From an uncultured Nitrospiraceae bacterium (GTDB lineage: Bacteria > Nitrospirota > Nitrospiria > Nitrospirales > Nitrospiraceae), in assembly GCA_963730935.1 (NCBI GenBank), contig CAVSTP010000003.1, forward strand, positions 384,001 through 448,000: 64,000 bases of DNA. Direction: 5' to 3'. The stretch's first letter is position 1. Every line of letters starts with the position of its first letter. The notes under the pieces are model-generated. The model ran no database searches. It had not been told where the DNA came from and worked only from the letters and a program-made list of their open reading frames with translations. A program made the translations under genes and the position numbers. This document shows positions 10,211-21,283 of this stretch, in pieces.

Positions 10211-11248
10211 CTAGGTCAAGTATTTCCGCAGTCGGCCCCAGTAGGCTGTCCCTGTATACGCGCAGGCGCCAGTGAGAATGGTCAACGCCATCATGCCGTA
10301 GACTCTCGCGCGGGAAATCTTAATCTTGACGGAGGGATTCAGGACATCGGGCGACGTGCGTACCAGTCTCAATGATTCTCCGGCCGAGAGGATCGGCCAC
10401 ATGCAGGAGAGTCGCAGTCTGGTTTCGTAACGCGGAATGGCCATGGTGTAGAGCCAACCCTGGTCGAGATGGTCGACGGCCATCCGGATGAGCTGGTTGA
10501 GTACAGGCCGAAAGCGAGGCAGATTTCCGGCGTCGAGCAAATCACGAGGTTTTAATCCGTGTTCAGCCAGCATCGGCTCCGGGACATAGCAGCGGCCTCG
10601 CTGCAGATCGTGCGCGATGTCTTTCACCACGTTGGTCAATTGTAGCCCCTTTCCAAATCGGACGCCGACCTCGGCCATGGTCCTGACGTTCCAGGATTTC
10701 AGCCCCCGTCGGTAGGCACACATGAGATCGGTCCAGAACTCTCCGACGCAGCCGGCCACGTAGTAGGTGTATCCGTCGAGAGCATCGAGCGTCTTCAGCG
10801 CGGTCAGATCAGCGGGAGAGTTTCCCGGGAACACCGTGAGATCCATTTCCATTCCCCGCACGAGCGTCGTCATGAGCCGCTGGACGCGGCCTCGGTCTTC
10901 GGGGGGAAACTCTTGCAGCACGGCGAAGCACTCTTCCAATCGCTCGAGCAACTGCCGTTCAGACGAATCCTGTTGGACCGTGCCAACGGCCTGTTGGATC
11001 TCGCGGATCTGAGCGGAAGACACCTGATCGCTGACGAACTGGGCTTTCAACTGGCCGAGGTAATCGAGCCGGCGGGGACGGTCGATCAGCTCCGTATCGG
11101 CGATGGTATCGGCCGCTCTGGCAAACAGATAGGCCAGACTCACCTGGTCCCGCACGTCCGCCGGCACCACGGCCAACGTCGTGTAGAACAGGCGGGAGAC
11201 GCGCTTGAGGAGATCGCGCAGAAGGGCCCGTTTCGAACCATGAGAAAT
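10211..11248 (-). CDS. Squalene/phytoene synthase family protein (start codon uncertain)
   Basis: LLKRVSRLFYTTL, YLFARAADTIAD, YTYYVAGCVG, GLQLTNVVKDIAHD, GRCYVP. Confidence 0.85.
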   Translation of the reverse strand: MSHGSKRALLRDLLKRVSRLFYTTLAVVPADVRDQVSLAYLFARAADTIADTELIDRPRRLDYLGQLKAQFVSDQVSSAQIREIQQAVGTVQQDSSERQLLERLEECFAVLQEFPPEDRGRVQRLMTTLVRGMEMDLTVFPGNSPADLTALKTLDALDGYTYYVAGCVGEFWTDLMCAYRRGLKSWNVRTMAEVGVRFGKGLQLTNVVKDIAHDLQRGRCYVPEPMLAEHGLKPRDLLDAGNLPRFRPVLNQLIRMAVDHLDQGWLYTMAIPRYETRLRLSCMWPILSAGESLRLVRTSPDVLNPSVKIKISRARVYGMMALTILTGACAYTGTAYWGRLRKYLT

Positions 11249-11305
11249 CGTGACGCCACCTATCTTGTCAGGAGAGACTGACGACGGCCCTGGCAGTCGC
11301 CCGCA

Positions 11306-11737
11306 TCAGCGGACTTCCAGCTTGCCTTCCATGCCTTTATCCCGATGACTCGGCAATGGCCAGAGCCGCTTATCGCAATAGATGGGGAAGGTTCCGGCTT
11401 GCATCGGGGTAAATTTCAGCAGCGCCGTCTTCCCGGCGCCCGTGTCCTGCTCAACCGAGAGACTGCCGGCCGGGTCTTTGATGATGAAATTGTGAGGAAC
11501 CAGTGTTGTGACGCTCTTCAGCGTCAGCTCAACCGGCTTGCCCTTTTCGACGATCAGATGGGCTGGTTGATAGGAGTAGCTGTCGAGGATGACGGTCGTG
11601 CGCTGCACGCCATCCGAGTCGGTCGGGACCGTAAACGGCGGGCCCATCGAAGGTTCCGCGGCAAAGGTTACGGCGGCCAGTGCAAACGACAGTCCAAGAC
11701 CCCCCGACAGGTATAGTGGTCGCATACGGACCTCCAT
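11306..11737 (-). CDS. Secreted cupredoxin-domain protein
   Basis: Signal peptide; PHNF...YCDK...HRDKGMEG His/Cys/His/Met type-1 copper pattern. Confidence 0.8.
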   Translation of the reverse strand: MEVRMRPLYLSGGLGLSFALAAVTFAAEPSMGPPFTVPTDSDGVQRTTVILDSYSYQPAHLIVEKGKPVELTLKSVTTLVPHNFIIKDPAGSLSVEQDTGAGKTALLKFTPMQAGTFPIYCDKRLWPLPSHRDKGMEGKLEVR

Positions 11738-11927
11738 GGATGAGAGGTTTCTAACAGGAAGAGCCGGAATCGGTCAAATTTCGCTTAGGGTTACGCGACA
11801 GGGGCGTCATCTTGACCTAATCGGAGGAAGACTTATTGTAGAGTCCTGCGTGTGTCGATGTGTATTATAATGACAGCGAGTTCACGGGCCCAAGCGGTGG
11901 AAAAGACCGCTTTGCAAGGAGGAATCG

Positions 11928-12803
11928 ATGAAGTGGATTAAAGGTATTGTACTCCTTCTGATTTCCAACCTGTTGTTCATGGTTGCGATAAACGTGATCG
12001 TGAGCTTTGTGTTGCCTTTGTTTGGCATCACATTGGGAGGCGATACGGCCTCGCTCCTCACGATGGCTTCCATCTATGGATTTACAGGCGCCTTCCTCAG
12101 CTTGGCGTTTTCCAAGCAGATGGCGCGTGCGATGCTGAGCAGCTGCCAGCAAATCACTCAGCCGCGCTCTCATGTGGAACAGATGATTTACGGATCGGTC
12201 CAGGAAATCGCACGCCGGCTGAACATCAGCATGCCGGAGGTGTGGGTGTACGAGTCTCCCGACCCCAACGCGTTTGCCACCGGTCCCACAAAGAACAACT
12301 CGATGGTGGCCGTGTCAACCGGTCTGCTCCAAAATCTGAAAGAGGACGAAGTACGCGCGGTGCTGGCTCACGAAATGGGGCACGTCTACAACGGTGACAT
12401 GTTCACGACGACTGTGCTCGCGGGCCTGATGAACACGTTCGTGTACTTTATTGCCCTGGTGGTCCGCCGCTTCTTTGCCGAGCGGGACCAGGAGGGCATG
12501 GGATTTGCGCTATCGTTTGTCGTCCAGATCGTTCTGGGCTTTCTGGCCATGATTCCCGTCATGTGGCATTCGCGGCGGCGCGAATTCGGGGCTGATGCCT
12601 TTTCCGCGAAGGTGTACGGCAAGGGAGCGATGATCTCGGCGTTGCAAGGGATCGAACGCTGGGTGTCTCGCGCGCAGATGGAGCCAAGCAGCACGGCCGA
12701 CCCGCTGGTGACATTCAAGATCGCCGGCACCAGCCATGTGATGCGTCTATTTGCATCGCATCCGACGATGGAAGAACGCATTGCCGCATTGGAACGGGGC
12801 TAA
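11928..12803 (+). CDS. htpX: Zinc metalloprotease HtpX (M48)
   Basis: PNAFATG, AVLAHEMGHV, SRRREFGAD, FASHPT. Confidence 0.92.
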   Translation: MKWIKGIVLLLISNLLFMVAINVIVSFVLPLFGITLGGDTASLLTMASIYGFTGAFLSLAFSKQMARAMLSSCQQITQPRSHVEQMIYGSVQEIARRLNISMPEVWVYESPDPNAFATGPTKNNSMVAVSTGLLQNLKEDEVRAVLAHEMGHVYNGDMFTTTVLAGLMNTFVYFIALVVRRFFAERDQEGMGFALSFVVQIVLGFLAMIPVMWHSRRREFGADAFSAKVYGKGAMISALQGIERWVSRAQMEPSSTADPLVTFKIAGTSHVMRLFASHPTMEERIAALERG

Positions 12804-12821
12804 GGTAATCGGGAGGCTGTC

Positions 12822-13412
12822 ATGAGAACATTCATCTTCGTGCTGTCAATGATCGCAGCAGGTAGTGGACTCATGGGCGGCCTCCCCGCACAAGCGGGAC
12901 AGGAAGGACTTCTCATGGCAGCGAAGACGACCAGTCTGTATGACTTCACGATGGATGACATCGACGGCCAACCGGTCAATCTCGGCGCCTATAAAGGCAA
13001 GGTGCTGTTGGTGGTGAACACCGCGAGTCTCTGTGGGAACACGCCTCAATATTCGGATCTTGAACGGGTCTACGAGCAGTTTCACGATCAGGGCTTTGAA
13101 GTGCTGGCATTTCCCGCCAATAATTTTGGCCAGCAGGAGCCGGGCAGCAACGCCGAGATCAAAGGCTTCTGTCTGACGAAGTATAGCGTGAGCTTTCCGC
13201 TGTTCAGCAAGATCAGCGTGAAGGGATCGGACAAGCACCCGCTCTATCAATATCTGACGGAACAGAGTCCGTTCCCCGGTGAAGTGGAGTGGAATTTCCA
13301 GAAATACCTAGTCGACCGGTCCGGTCGGGTGGTGGGACGCTTTCACCATCGCACCAAGCCCCTCGCCCCTGAAGTCGTCAACGAGATCGAGCGGGTGCTG
13401 GCGGCAAAATAA
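12822..13412 (+). CDS. Glutathione peroxidase family protein with signal peptide
   Basis: VNTASLCG, FPANNFGQQEPG, WNFQKYLV. Confidence 0.92.
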   Translation: MRTFIFVLSMIAAGSGLMGGLPAQAGQEGLLMAAKTTSLYDFTMDDIDGQPVNLGAYKGKVLLVVNTASLCGNTPQYSDLERVYEQFHDQGFEVLAFPANNFGQQEPGSNAEIKGFCLTKYSVSFPLFSKISVKGSDKHPLYQYLTEQSPFPGEVEWNFQKYLVDRSGRVVGRFHHRTKPLAPEVVNEIERVLAAK

Positions 13413-13418
13413 TGACGC

Positions 13419-13703
13419 CTAGGTTCTTCTGTAAAACGCGATGTGCTCGCGGTATTCTTGAATCGCCGCGCCAAGCGCCGCGGCGCCTCTGGGGATGTTC
13501 GCTTCCAGCGTGTCCTCGATGCCTTCATCGGCGATCTCGACGTCATACCGGTCCTGAACGTTCGTCCGTACCGGTCCGGCAGTGACGTCGCGCGGCATGA
13601 AGATCTCTTTCCACACTTCCTTTTCTACCAGACAGACGTCCCTAAACCGTTCATAGAGCAATGTGAGCTTGTCCGGGTCAGTCACTCGGATTCGTGCGCC
13701 CAT
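13419..13703 (-). CDS. Hypothetical protein
   Basis: 94-aa ORF with AAAGGA RBS. Confidence 0.7.
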   Translation of the reverse strand: MGARIRVTDPDKLTLLYERFRDVCLVEKEVWKEIFMPRDVTAGPVRTNVQDRYDVEIADEGIEDTLEANIPRGAAALGAAIQEYREHIAFYRRT

Positions 13704-13727
13704 GTGTATCCTTTGTGCGGAAAGGAA

Positions 13728-14408
13728 CTACTTTTGCACGGAAGATGGCGCAGGAGGAACAGAGTCGACGATGGAAAACCGCATGGTCCCCACTTGATTC
13801 GCCGCATGGAACGGTTGCTGTCCCAGCGGTGTGATGAAGATTTTGACCTGGTATTTTCCGACCGGCCACTTCTCTTCTTTCCGTCTCAGTTCGAGGAAAC
13901 CATACCGTTCATGACCGGGAACTTCAAGGCTGTCCTTTCCCATCGGTGCGTCGGGGAGTTTGCCTTCGACGGCTTCATGGAACCACTGGGCGCTGAACTG
14001 GGCCGGATCTTCGAGTGGCGCCACTTCGAACACGATGTAAATGGCAGGCGTGTCGGGCGTAAATACTGAAGTAGGCTCGATGGGCTTGAGTCTCGGATCT
14101 TGCGTGTACCAGCCTTTGCGTCCAAAGCTGTCCCACTCAACGTCATAGCCCTTCGCCATCTTGATCCAGGTGAAGAGCGATTGCGGGATGCCTTTTTTCT
14201 GCTCGTCGAAGGAAGGACTCTGGGTTGGATCAATTTCAGTGGTTGATTGTTCCTTGGGGGCAACCAGGTCTCTCGCGTCGGCCTCCCCGACTGCGCCGCC
14301 CAGCAGGCTGACGATTCCGACCAGACAGCCAAGCGGCCAGTGGTACCGGAATCGCGTGGGTCTTCCCGCGATGTTCATTTGAACCCCACAACCTCCTTCA
14401 TTCAACAC
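13728..14408 (-). CDS. Hypothetical secreted protein
   Basis: Signal peptide ending ADA, beta-rich C-terminus; true start may be the downstream ATG (MNIAG). Confidence 0.7.
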   Translation of the reverse strand: MLNEGGCGVQMNIAGRPTRFRYHWPLGCLVGIVSLLGGAVGEADARDLVAPKEQSTTEIDPTQSPSFDEQKKGIPQSLFTWIKMAKGYDVEWDSFGRKGWYTQDPRLKPIEPTSVFTPDTPAIYIVFEVAPLEDPAQFSAQWFHEAVEGKLPDAPMGKDSLEVPGHERYGFLELRRKEEKWPVGKYQVKIFITPLGQQPFHAANQVGTMRFSIVDSVPPAPSSVQK

Positions 14409-14480
14409 CTATTTCATACCAGACGCAAGCCGTCTGTGATAGGTTGAGCCACCCAAGCTTTTTGCCATAAGTCGGGAAGA

Positions 14481-15845
14481 ATGAGCCTTCCGAAGTCCGT
14501 CGAACAAGACCTGAGAGAACCCAGCCGCCGTTACGGCCTTCGGGATGGCGCCTGCCAGGCCATTACCCAAGGCAGCGGCGAGCAATACCTTTCCGCCTTT
14601 GCCCTCCTGCTTGAGGCGAGTCCGTTCCAGTTGAGCGTCCTGTCTGCCCTTCCCCAACTGATCGGAACCGGTGCTCAATTGGCATCGGTCAAGCTGCTCC
14701 GATGGTTTCCGGACCGCAAGGCACTCATCCGCGCCGGCACCGCCGGCCAGGCCCTGTCCTGGCTGCCGATTCTTTTGCTGCCGCTGCTGTTCCCTGATTC
14801 CGGGCCCTTGCTGCTCATCCTGGGCACCACCTTGTACTTCGCCTGTAATCAGTTCACGACGCCCACATGGAATAGTTTCATCGCAGACCACCTGGATGAG
14901 CACGCGCGAGGCGCCTACTTCGCCCGGAGGGCGATGGTCATGGCCAGCGTCAGCTTCGCCGCGCTCTGCGTGGCGGGGTGGCTGCTCAGTCTCTGGCAAG
15001 ACCATGCATTCTCCTGGATGGGATTCGCCTTGATCTTCGCCGTGGCCGGTGCAGCGCGATGGATCTCTGCCATCGCCCTTGCCAAAGTCGAGGACCTTCA
15101 TGCGACACCGTATCTTGATACCTCACCCAGTTTCCGACGGTTCCTGGCCGGCACGAGCATCGGTTTCCGGCGGTTCCTGTTGTTCTCAGGAGCGATGCAT
15201 GCCGCCGTGCTGATTGCCGGACCGTTTTTTGTGCTCTACATGCTGCGGGATCTTCACCTGGCCTATTGGGGCTACGGCACCTGGTTGGCTGCCGGAATTC
15301 TTGGGCAACTCGTCACGTTAGCAGCGTGGGGGCGATTCGCAGATCGATTCGGGAACAAAGCACTCCTCACCGTCACCGGCTTCATGGTCCCTTTTCTCCC
15401 CATGCTGTATCTCGCCGGAACCAGTCTTCTGTTCTTGCTATTCGTCAATTTCCTCGGCGGTGTGACCTGGGGCGGGCTGGCTTTGGGACTTCAGAACTAT
15501 GTGTTTGATGCGGTGCGGCCGGAGGATCGCGCAAAAGCGGTCGCCACCTATAGCACTGTCAATGCCTTGGGATGGTGTCTCGGCGCCCTTATGGGCAGCT
15601 GGTTGGTACATATCCTGCCATCAGGGATTGCCATCGGACGGTACTCCCTCGAACTGGCTTCGAACCTTCCCCTCGTATTTTTTGTATCCGGCCTGTTGCG
15701 ACTGGCGGTTTCGGGGAGTTTTCTGAGGGGCTTTCATGAAGCCAGGACCGTTGAACAGGTGCCATTCACGCAGCTCGTGTGGGAACTGCCTCTCCTGAAG
15801 CCCCTCGCCCAATTACTGGTGGGTCCGCTCCGAGCGAGTAAATAG
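14481..15845 (+). CDS. MFS transporter
   Basis: About 12 hydrophobic segments; WGRFADRFGNK MFS motif. Confidence 0.88.
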   Translation: MSLPKSVEQDLREPSRRYGLRDGACQAITQGSGEQYLSAFALLLEASPFQLSVLSALPQLIGTGAQLASVKLLRWFPDRKALIRAGTAGQALSWLPILLLPLLFPDSGPLLLILGTTLYFACNQFTTPTWNSFIADHLDEHARGAYFARRAMVMASVSFAALCVAGWLLSLWQDHAFSWMGFALIFAVAGAARWISAIALAKVEDLHATPYLDTSPSFRRFLAGTSIGFRRFLLFSGAMHAAVLIAGPFFVLYMLRDLHLAYWGYGTWLAAGILGQLVTLAAWGRFADRFGNKALLTVTGFMVPFLPMLYLAGTSLLFLLFVNFLGGVTWGGLALGLQNYVFDAVRPEDRAKAVATYSTVNALGWCLGALMGSWLVHILPSGIAIGRYSLELASNLPLVFFVSGLLRLAVSGSFLRGFHEARTVEQVPFTQLVWELPLLKPLAQLLVGPLRASK

Positions 15846-15857
15846 CAGATTCCGACT

Positions 15858-16064
15858 CTACGGCGAGGCGGGCTGAGCGCCCCGTTCCCGCTCTTCCTGC
15901 TTGAGTTTGTCGAAGCCATGGTCTGAATGGCCCCGGACCTGGTCGGGCGTCGGTTGCGCCATGGGCTTGGGCTCATGGCTGGAACATGCTGCGAGGATGA
16001 GAAATGCTGTCGCCCCCAGCACGATGCCGGTGGCTCTCTCCATGTGTTTCCGCTGAACAGTCAT
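15858..16064 (-). CDS. Small lipoprotein
   Basis: Lipobox LAAC; GGAGGGAG RBS. Confidence 0.7.
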   Translation of the reverse strand: MTVQRKHMERATGIVLGATAFLILAACSSHEPKPMAQPTPDQVRGHSDHGFDKLKQEERERGAQPASP

Positions 16065-16204
16065 ACACGCTCCTCCCTCCAGAACCGCTGCCGCTTACGC
16101 ATCATACTCCCACTTCGGGAGCAAAACCACCAGCATGGCTTGATTGACTGAGGCGGAATGACGCGGTATCCTCGCGGCAACCTCCGGAAGTCCAGAGATT
16201 TTCC

Positions 16205-16651
16205 ATGTCTTTGCACGATCGCCTCACCGAAGATCTGAAGCTGGCCATGAAGGCTCGCGATCAGTTGCGGATGGACGTCATCCGCATGATCAAGGCCGCC
16301 GTGCTCAACAAAGAAGTCGAGATGAAAAAAGATCTCGACGATGCGGAAATGAGCCGCATCATGACCACCATGATCAAACAGCGCAAGGAGTCCGTCGAGC
16401 AGTATGAAAAAGGCCAGCGCGCCGAACTTGCCGCAAAAGAGCGGCAGGAAATTTCCATCATCGAAGCCTACCTTCCGAAGGCCCTCTCACCAGAGGAACT
16501 CGACCGGACCGTGGATGCCGTGATCCACGAGTCGGGCGCTACCTCCGCCAAAGACATGGGTGCTGTCATGAAAGCCGTGATGGCTCGGCTTGCCGGCCAA
16601 CCGGTCGACGGCAAACAGGTCAGCGACCTCGTTCGCTCCAAGCTGAAATAG
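16205..16651 (+). CDS. GatB/YqeY domain protein
   Basis: DLKLAMKARD, KQRKES, YLPK, KDMGAVM. Confidence 0.92.
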   Translation: MSLHDRLTEDLKLAMKARDQLRMDVIRMIKAAVLNKEVEMKKDLDDAEMSRIMTTMIKQRKESVEQYEKGQRAELAAKERQEISIIEAYLPKALSPEELDRTVDAVIHESGATSAKDMGAVMKAVMARLAGQPVDGKQVSDLVRSKLK

Positions 16652-16724
16652 CCGGTCACCCTCGTCTGCTATACTTGAATCCGAACTGAGGCGGCACAGG
16701 CTTAGGAGCGTACGTAGGACTTTC

Positions 16725-17363
16725 GTGAGCATTCTCATCGTTGACGATTCACCGGATCAGCAGACGCTTCTCCGCTCGATCCTGGGCAAAGCAGGCCATG
16801 CCGATGTGCTCAGCGCCGATTCCGCCAGAGCGGCCGCGCGCGTCCTGAACCTGGACGGCGATTCGGCCACGCAGAACATCGACCTCATCCTGATGGATGT
16901 GCTGATGCCGGACCAGGATGGGGTCGAAACCTGCCGCCAAATCAAACGCTGCGCCCACCTCGAGGACATTCCGGTGATCATGGTCACGGCGAAGGCCGAC
17001 TTGAGCAATCTTCAGGAGGCGTTTGCTGCCGGAGCCATGGATTTCATCAGCAAGCCGGTCAATAGCATCGAACTCTTGGCGCGGGTCGCCTCGGCGTTGC
17101 TCTTGAAGCAAGAAATGGATCGTCGCAAGAATCGTGAATTCGAGCTCCGCCGGAGCAATGAGGAATTGCAAAAAGCCCTGAAAGAAGTGAAGTCTCTGCG
17201 TGGGCTGATTCCCATTTGCGCCTCCTGCAAAAAGATTCGAAATGACGGCGGTTTCTGGCAGCAATTGGAAGAGTATCTGGCCGAGCATTTGGATGCCGAA
17301 TTCAGCCACGGCCTCTGTCAGCCCTGCATCAAAAAGCTTTATCCTGGTGTTTACCAGGATTAG
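16725..17363 (+). CDS. Response regulator with C-terminal CxxC...HxxCxxC domain
   Basis: ILIVDD, LMDVLMP, KP; LIPICASCKKIR...FSHGLCQPC. Confidence 0.88.
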   Translation: MSILIVDDSPDQQTLLRSILGKAGHADVLSADSARAAARVLNLDGDSATQNIDLILMDVLMPDQDGVETCRQIKRCAHLEDIPVIMVTAKADLSNLQEAFAAGAMDFISKPVNSIELLARVASALLLKQEMDRRKNREFELRRSNEELQKALKEVKSLRGLIPICASCKKIRNDGGFWQQLEEYLAEHLDAEFSHGLCQPCIKKLYPGVYQD

Positions 17364-17420
17364 CTGCTACGATTTCTTCATTACTGCTTCATTTCAGCCA
17401 GGCCGAGGCGATGCGCCCCC

Positions 17421-18425
17421 ATGAGTATACTGATCGTTGACGACTCTCCAGACGACCGGACCCTCCTTCAGTCTATTCTCACCGCGGCCGGATATGAACA
17501 CATTTTGGTTGCAGATTCAGCTGTGACGGCCTTTCGGCTGCTGGGTCTCGACGGTGGGAAACAGGGCGCGTCGCGCGTCGATCTGATCCTCATGGACATC
17601 ATCATGCCCGAGATGAACGGCATCGAGGCATGCCGGCAAATTAAAGCCGTCGAGCGCTTCCGTGAAACGCCTATCATGATGGTGACGGTCAAAACGGATC
17701 CGGTCGACCTTCAACTGGCCTTTGCTGCCGGAGCTTTGGACTACATTGGAAAACCCGTCAATAAAATCGAACTGTTAACGCGTGTGCGGTCCGTCTTGCG
17801 GCTGGTGCACGAGATCGAACGGCGCCGCGCCCGTGAACAGGAACTGTTGGAGGTCATGCGCCAACTGCAGGAAGCCAATCAAATGCTGTTACGGCTGTCC
17901 TCTTTGGACGGATTGACCGGCATTACCAACCGTCGCCAATTCGACGATTTTTTGGAGCAGGAATGGCGGAGAGCCGTCCGTGAGTCGACGCCACTCTCGC
18001 TCATCATGCTGGATATCGACCGGTTCAAAGTCTACAACGACAGCAACGGGCATACGGCCGGAGATGAATGCTTGCGGCAAGTCGCCAATGCGATTTCCGG
18101 TGCCGTCAACCGTCCGGGAGACCTCGTGGCCCGGTATGGCGGGGACGAGTTTGTCGTTGTGCTTCCAGGTACGGCGACGGACGGTGCAGCGCAGGTTGCG
18201 GAATTGTTGCGGAAGCGCATCGAATCCCTCGACATCACCCATTCCGATGGCGACCACATCACGATCAGCGTCGGCTACGCCAGCACGATCCCAAGCCGGA
18301 GTGCCTCGCCGACTGACCTGATCAAAGCGGCGGACCAGGCGCTGTATCAAGCCAAGCAAGAGGGCCGCAATCGGGCGAAGCAAGCCGGGATTCTCACCCT
18401 GGTTCCCCACTCAGACGACGAATAG
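17421..18425 (+). CDS. REC-GGDEF diguanylate cyclase
   Basis: REC domain, DGLTG, RPGD I-site, intact GGDEF. Confidence 0.93.
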   Translation: MSILIVDDSPDDRTLLQSILTAAGYEHILVADSAVTAFRLLGLDGGKQGASRVDLILMDIIMPEMNGIEACRQIKAVERFRETPIMMVTVKTDPVDLQLAFAAGALDYIGKPVNKIELLTRVRSVLRLVHEIERRRAREQELLEVMRQLQEANQMLLRLSSLDGLTGITNRRQFDDFLEQEWRRAVRESTPLSLIMLDIDRFKVYNDSNGHTAGDECLRQVANAISGAVNRPGDLVARYGGDEFVVVLPGTATDGAAQVAELLRKRIESLDITHSDGDHITISVGYASTIPSRSASPTDLIKAADQALYQAKQEGRNRAKQAGILTLVPHSDDE

Positions 18426-18456
18426 CCGGGGCCCGCGCCCTTCTTGCGCACCATCC

Positions 18457-20196
18457 ATGTCGCAACGTCACGCGCTATCCCGTACCAAGCTTGCCCGAAA
18501 GTCTCCCCCACGCACACTGGCTCAAACCAAGAGCGCGTTGCGTCGGGAACGAGCCGCACGCCGGCGGGAAGCGGTGCAACATGCCGCCACCGAGCAGGCC
18601 CTAGTCGTCGCCAAGGAAGCGGCCGAAGTGGCCAGTAAAGCCAAAACTGAGTTCCTGGCCACGATCAGCCATGAGATCCGCACGCCGATGAACGCAATTG
18701 TCGGAATGGCCGATCTGCTGTGGGACACACAGCTGACCCCTGATCAGCGCAAGTATCTCCGCATTTTTCGACGGGCCGGCAGCAGTCTACTCCAATTGAT
18801 CAACGACATTCTTGACCTTTCCAAGGTGGAGGCCGGCCATATCGAACTCGAGTCGATCGAATTCGACCTGAGCGATCTCATTGAAAAAGCAATCGAAATT
18901 CTCGCGATGCGAGCGAATGAGAAAGGCTTGGAACTGGCGTGTCATCTCGCTCCCGATGTCCCCTGCGCGCTGACCGGCGATCCAAATCGCCTTCACCAGA
19001 TTCTGGTCAATCTCATCAGCAATGCGATCAAGTTCACGGAGAAGGGGTCCGTCATCCTCGAAGTGACGAATGGTGCGGCACAGGGAGGACCGGGCGCCAT
19101 TCATTTTATGGTCAGGGACACCGGTATGGGTATCGCGCAGGACAAGCTGTCGGCGATTTTTGAGCGATTTACGCAAGTCGATGCGTCGATTGCCAGACGC
19201 TACGGCGGTACGGGGCTTGGCCTGACGATCAGCAAACAGTTGGCGGAGTTGATGCGGGGTAGAATCTGGGCCGAAAGTACGGTGGGTGAAGGCAGCACAT
19301 TTCATTGCGCGGTACGACTTGGCATCAAATGCGGCGCGAAGTTGCCGTGTCTGCCGCGTTTGATCGATCTCCACGGTCTCCGGTCCTTGGCGGTCGACGA
19401 TCATCCCATTAACCGCAAGATCCTGCTCGAAACACTGTCGTCTTGGAATGCCCAGGTCACAGCAGTCGGCGACGGACAACAGGCGGTAGCCGCATTGAGG
19501 CAGGCGGCCGAGTCGTCATATCCCTACGGCCTCCTACTCATCGATTGTCGTATGCCGGGCATGGATGGATTTCAAGTCGTGGAAGCGATTCGGCACTCCG
19601 GCTTGGCTGCAGGATTGACCATCGTCATGATGGCATCGGACCACTGGGCTGACGATATTGCCCGCACCTACGATTTGGGGCTGAGCGGGTATTTGACCAA
19701 GCCTATCCGCCGCTCTGATCTCCTGCAAACCCTGAGTATCGCCATGGATCGCGCCCGCGGTGTGCCCGTGACTTCGCCGGTGTGCCGGCCGCCCGTGCCT
19801 GTGGCCACAAGACCACTCCATATTCTGCTTGTGGAGGATTCTCCCGACAACCAGATTTTGGTTCGATCCTATCTGAAGTCCACGCCACATCAGGTGGATG
19901 TGGCCGAACATGGCGGCGTTGCCGTCGAACAATTCAAACAGGGACACTATGACGTGATCCTGATGGATATGAACATGCCGGTAATGGACGGCTACGAGGC
20001 GACGAGAGCCATCCGCGCATGGGAGCAAGAACAGGATTTGGCCAAGACCCAAATCATTGCCTTGACCGCACTCGCGCTAAAGGAAGAAGGCGAGAAAATT
20101 CTCGAAGCCGGCTGCAATGCACACATGACCAAGCCGATCAAACGGCAGACATTGCTCGAAGTACTTCAAGCCTGCGAAGGATACCGACGAACGTGA
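18457..20196 (+). CDS. Hybrid histidine kinase (HisKA-HATPase-REC-REC)
   Basis: [31 protein letters not shown], two receiver domains. Confidence 0.92.
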   Translation: MSQRHALSRTKLARKSPPRTLAQTKSALRRERAARRREAVQHAATEQALVVAKEAAEVASKAKTEFLATISHEIRTPMNAIVGMADLLWDTQLTPDQRKYLRIFRRAGSSLLQLINDILDLSKVEAGHIELESIEFDLSDLIEKAIEILAMRANEKGLELACHLAPDVPCALTGDPNRLHQILVNLISNAIKFTEKGSVILEVTNGAAQGGPGAIHFMVRDTGMGIAQDKLSAIFERFTQVDASIARRYGGTGLGLTISKQLAELMRGRIWAESTVGEGSTFHCAVRLGIKCGAKLPCLPRLIDLHGLRSLAVDDHPINRKILLETLSSWNAQVTAVGDGQQAVAALRQAAESSYPYGLLLIDCRMPGMDGFQVVEAIRHSGLAAGLTIVMMASDHWADDIARTYDLGLSGYLTKPIRRSDLLQTLSIAMDRARGVPVTSPVCRPPVPVATRPLHILLVEDSPDNQILVRSYLKSTPHQVDVAEHGGVAVEQFKQGHYDVILMDMNMPVMDGYEATRAIRAWEQEQDLAKTQIIALTALALKEEGEKILEAGCNAHMTKPIKRQTLLEVLQACEGYRRT

Positions 20197-20516
20197 TGCC
20201 AAACGGTAACAAGTCTCGACGAGTCACCGTCTCGATCGATCCCGACCTACAAGAACTTATCCCCGGCTTCCTGGAGAACCGGCGGAAGGACGCAGCGACG
20301 TTGGCGCGCGCCGCGAAGGCCGGCGACGAGAAGACCGTACGTCTGCTGGGCCATCGGATGAAAGGCGACGGCGGGGGTTACGGCTTTCAGGAAATCAGCC
20401 AGATCGGTGAGGCGCTTGAACAAGCCGCCACCAGACAAGATTGGAAAGTGATCGTCGAAAAGACCGAGGCGCTGACGGCATTTCTGGCACAGGTCGATGT
20501 CGTATACCGGAGGTAG
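20196..20516 (+). CDS. Hpt domain protein
   Basis: LGHRMKGDGGGYGF; TGATG overlap with the kinase stop. Confidence 0.88.
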   Translation: MPNGNKSRRVTVSIDPDLQELIPGFLENRRKDAATLARAAKAGDEKTVRLLGHRMKGDGGGYGFQEISQIGEALEQAATRQDWKVIVEKTEALTAFLAQVDVVYRR

Positions 20517-20628
20517 GGCCACGGGTTGGTTCATCCGGAGCCGCCTCTCAGTGACTGCTTCTTCTCTTCCTTTCTGCCAAGAACCTTCCAAAAGAAGGCA
20601 CAGAGCTCTCAACGACGAGCGAAGGTTA

Positions 20629-21040
20629 TCACTGGCCTTCCCGCACCGTTATACTAGACCGCCCGATTTCGGTTGTAGTGTTTTGCGAATAGAAGACGAA
20701 CTAACCGTATGCGAGCCCGAGCCAAAACGTCCGATCGTCGCGGTGATCCCGAGCTTTCCCGTTGTTGTGAAGCCAGAACTGGGAGGGAAGCTGTAGGGCG
20801 GCGTGCGATCGGTCAAATACATCTGCCCCCATCCAGGTACACCGTTGCCATGACATCACGCAAATCGGTCGTGGAGCCCTCCACACCCCAGGTCGCAAGG
20901 ATAGGATTGCCGATAACCATCGTCAGGTTCGCGAGCGCCGGGACCGGGGCAGCCGTCTGAGGAGTAAACGTCAGAAGGTTGCTGCTTTCCGATTCACAGT
21001 TCATCCGATCCTCCGTTTTCATGTGTGTAGGAGAAGACAT
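20629..21040 (-). pseudogene. Frameshifted remnant of an Ig-like secreted protein
   Basis: Joining frames at ~20828 and ~20701 gives ...ATVYLDG/QMYLTDRTPPYSFP...FGSGSHTV/FVFYSQNTTTEIGRSSITVREGQ*. Confidence 0.5.
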
Positions 21041-21283
21041 GCTTCTTCAGCAACCGTCATAAACTGAGGTCGTATGAGGAGACGCTCCAAAATTGAGGAT
21101 GCAGGGAAAAGAAACGTGATTGCGCCGCGAAGATAGCTGTAACGACAAATAACTAAAATTCTATTCTCTACAATAATATGCTGATGGAGACGACGAGACA
21201 GTTACCGTTAAAAATAAGTTATGAAATAACGAGGATCGGCTAAATGTTGAGGCAGGCCTTAGTTATTGCCGAAAGGAAAAAGA

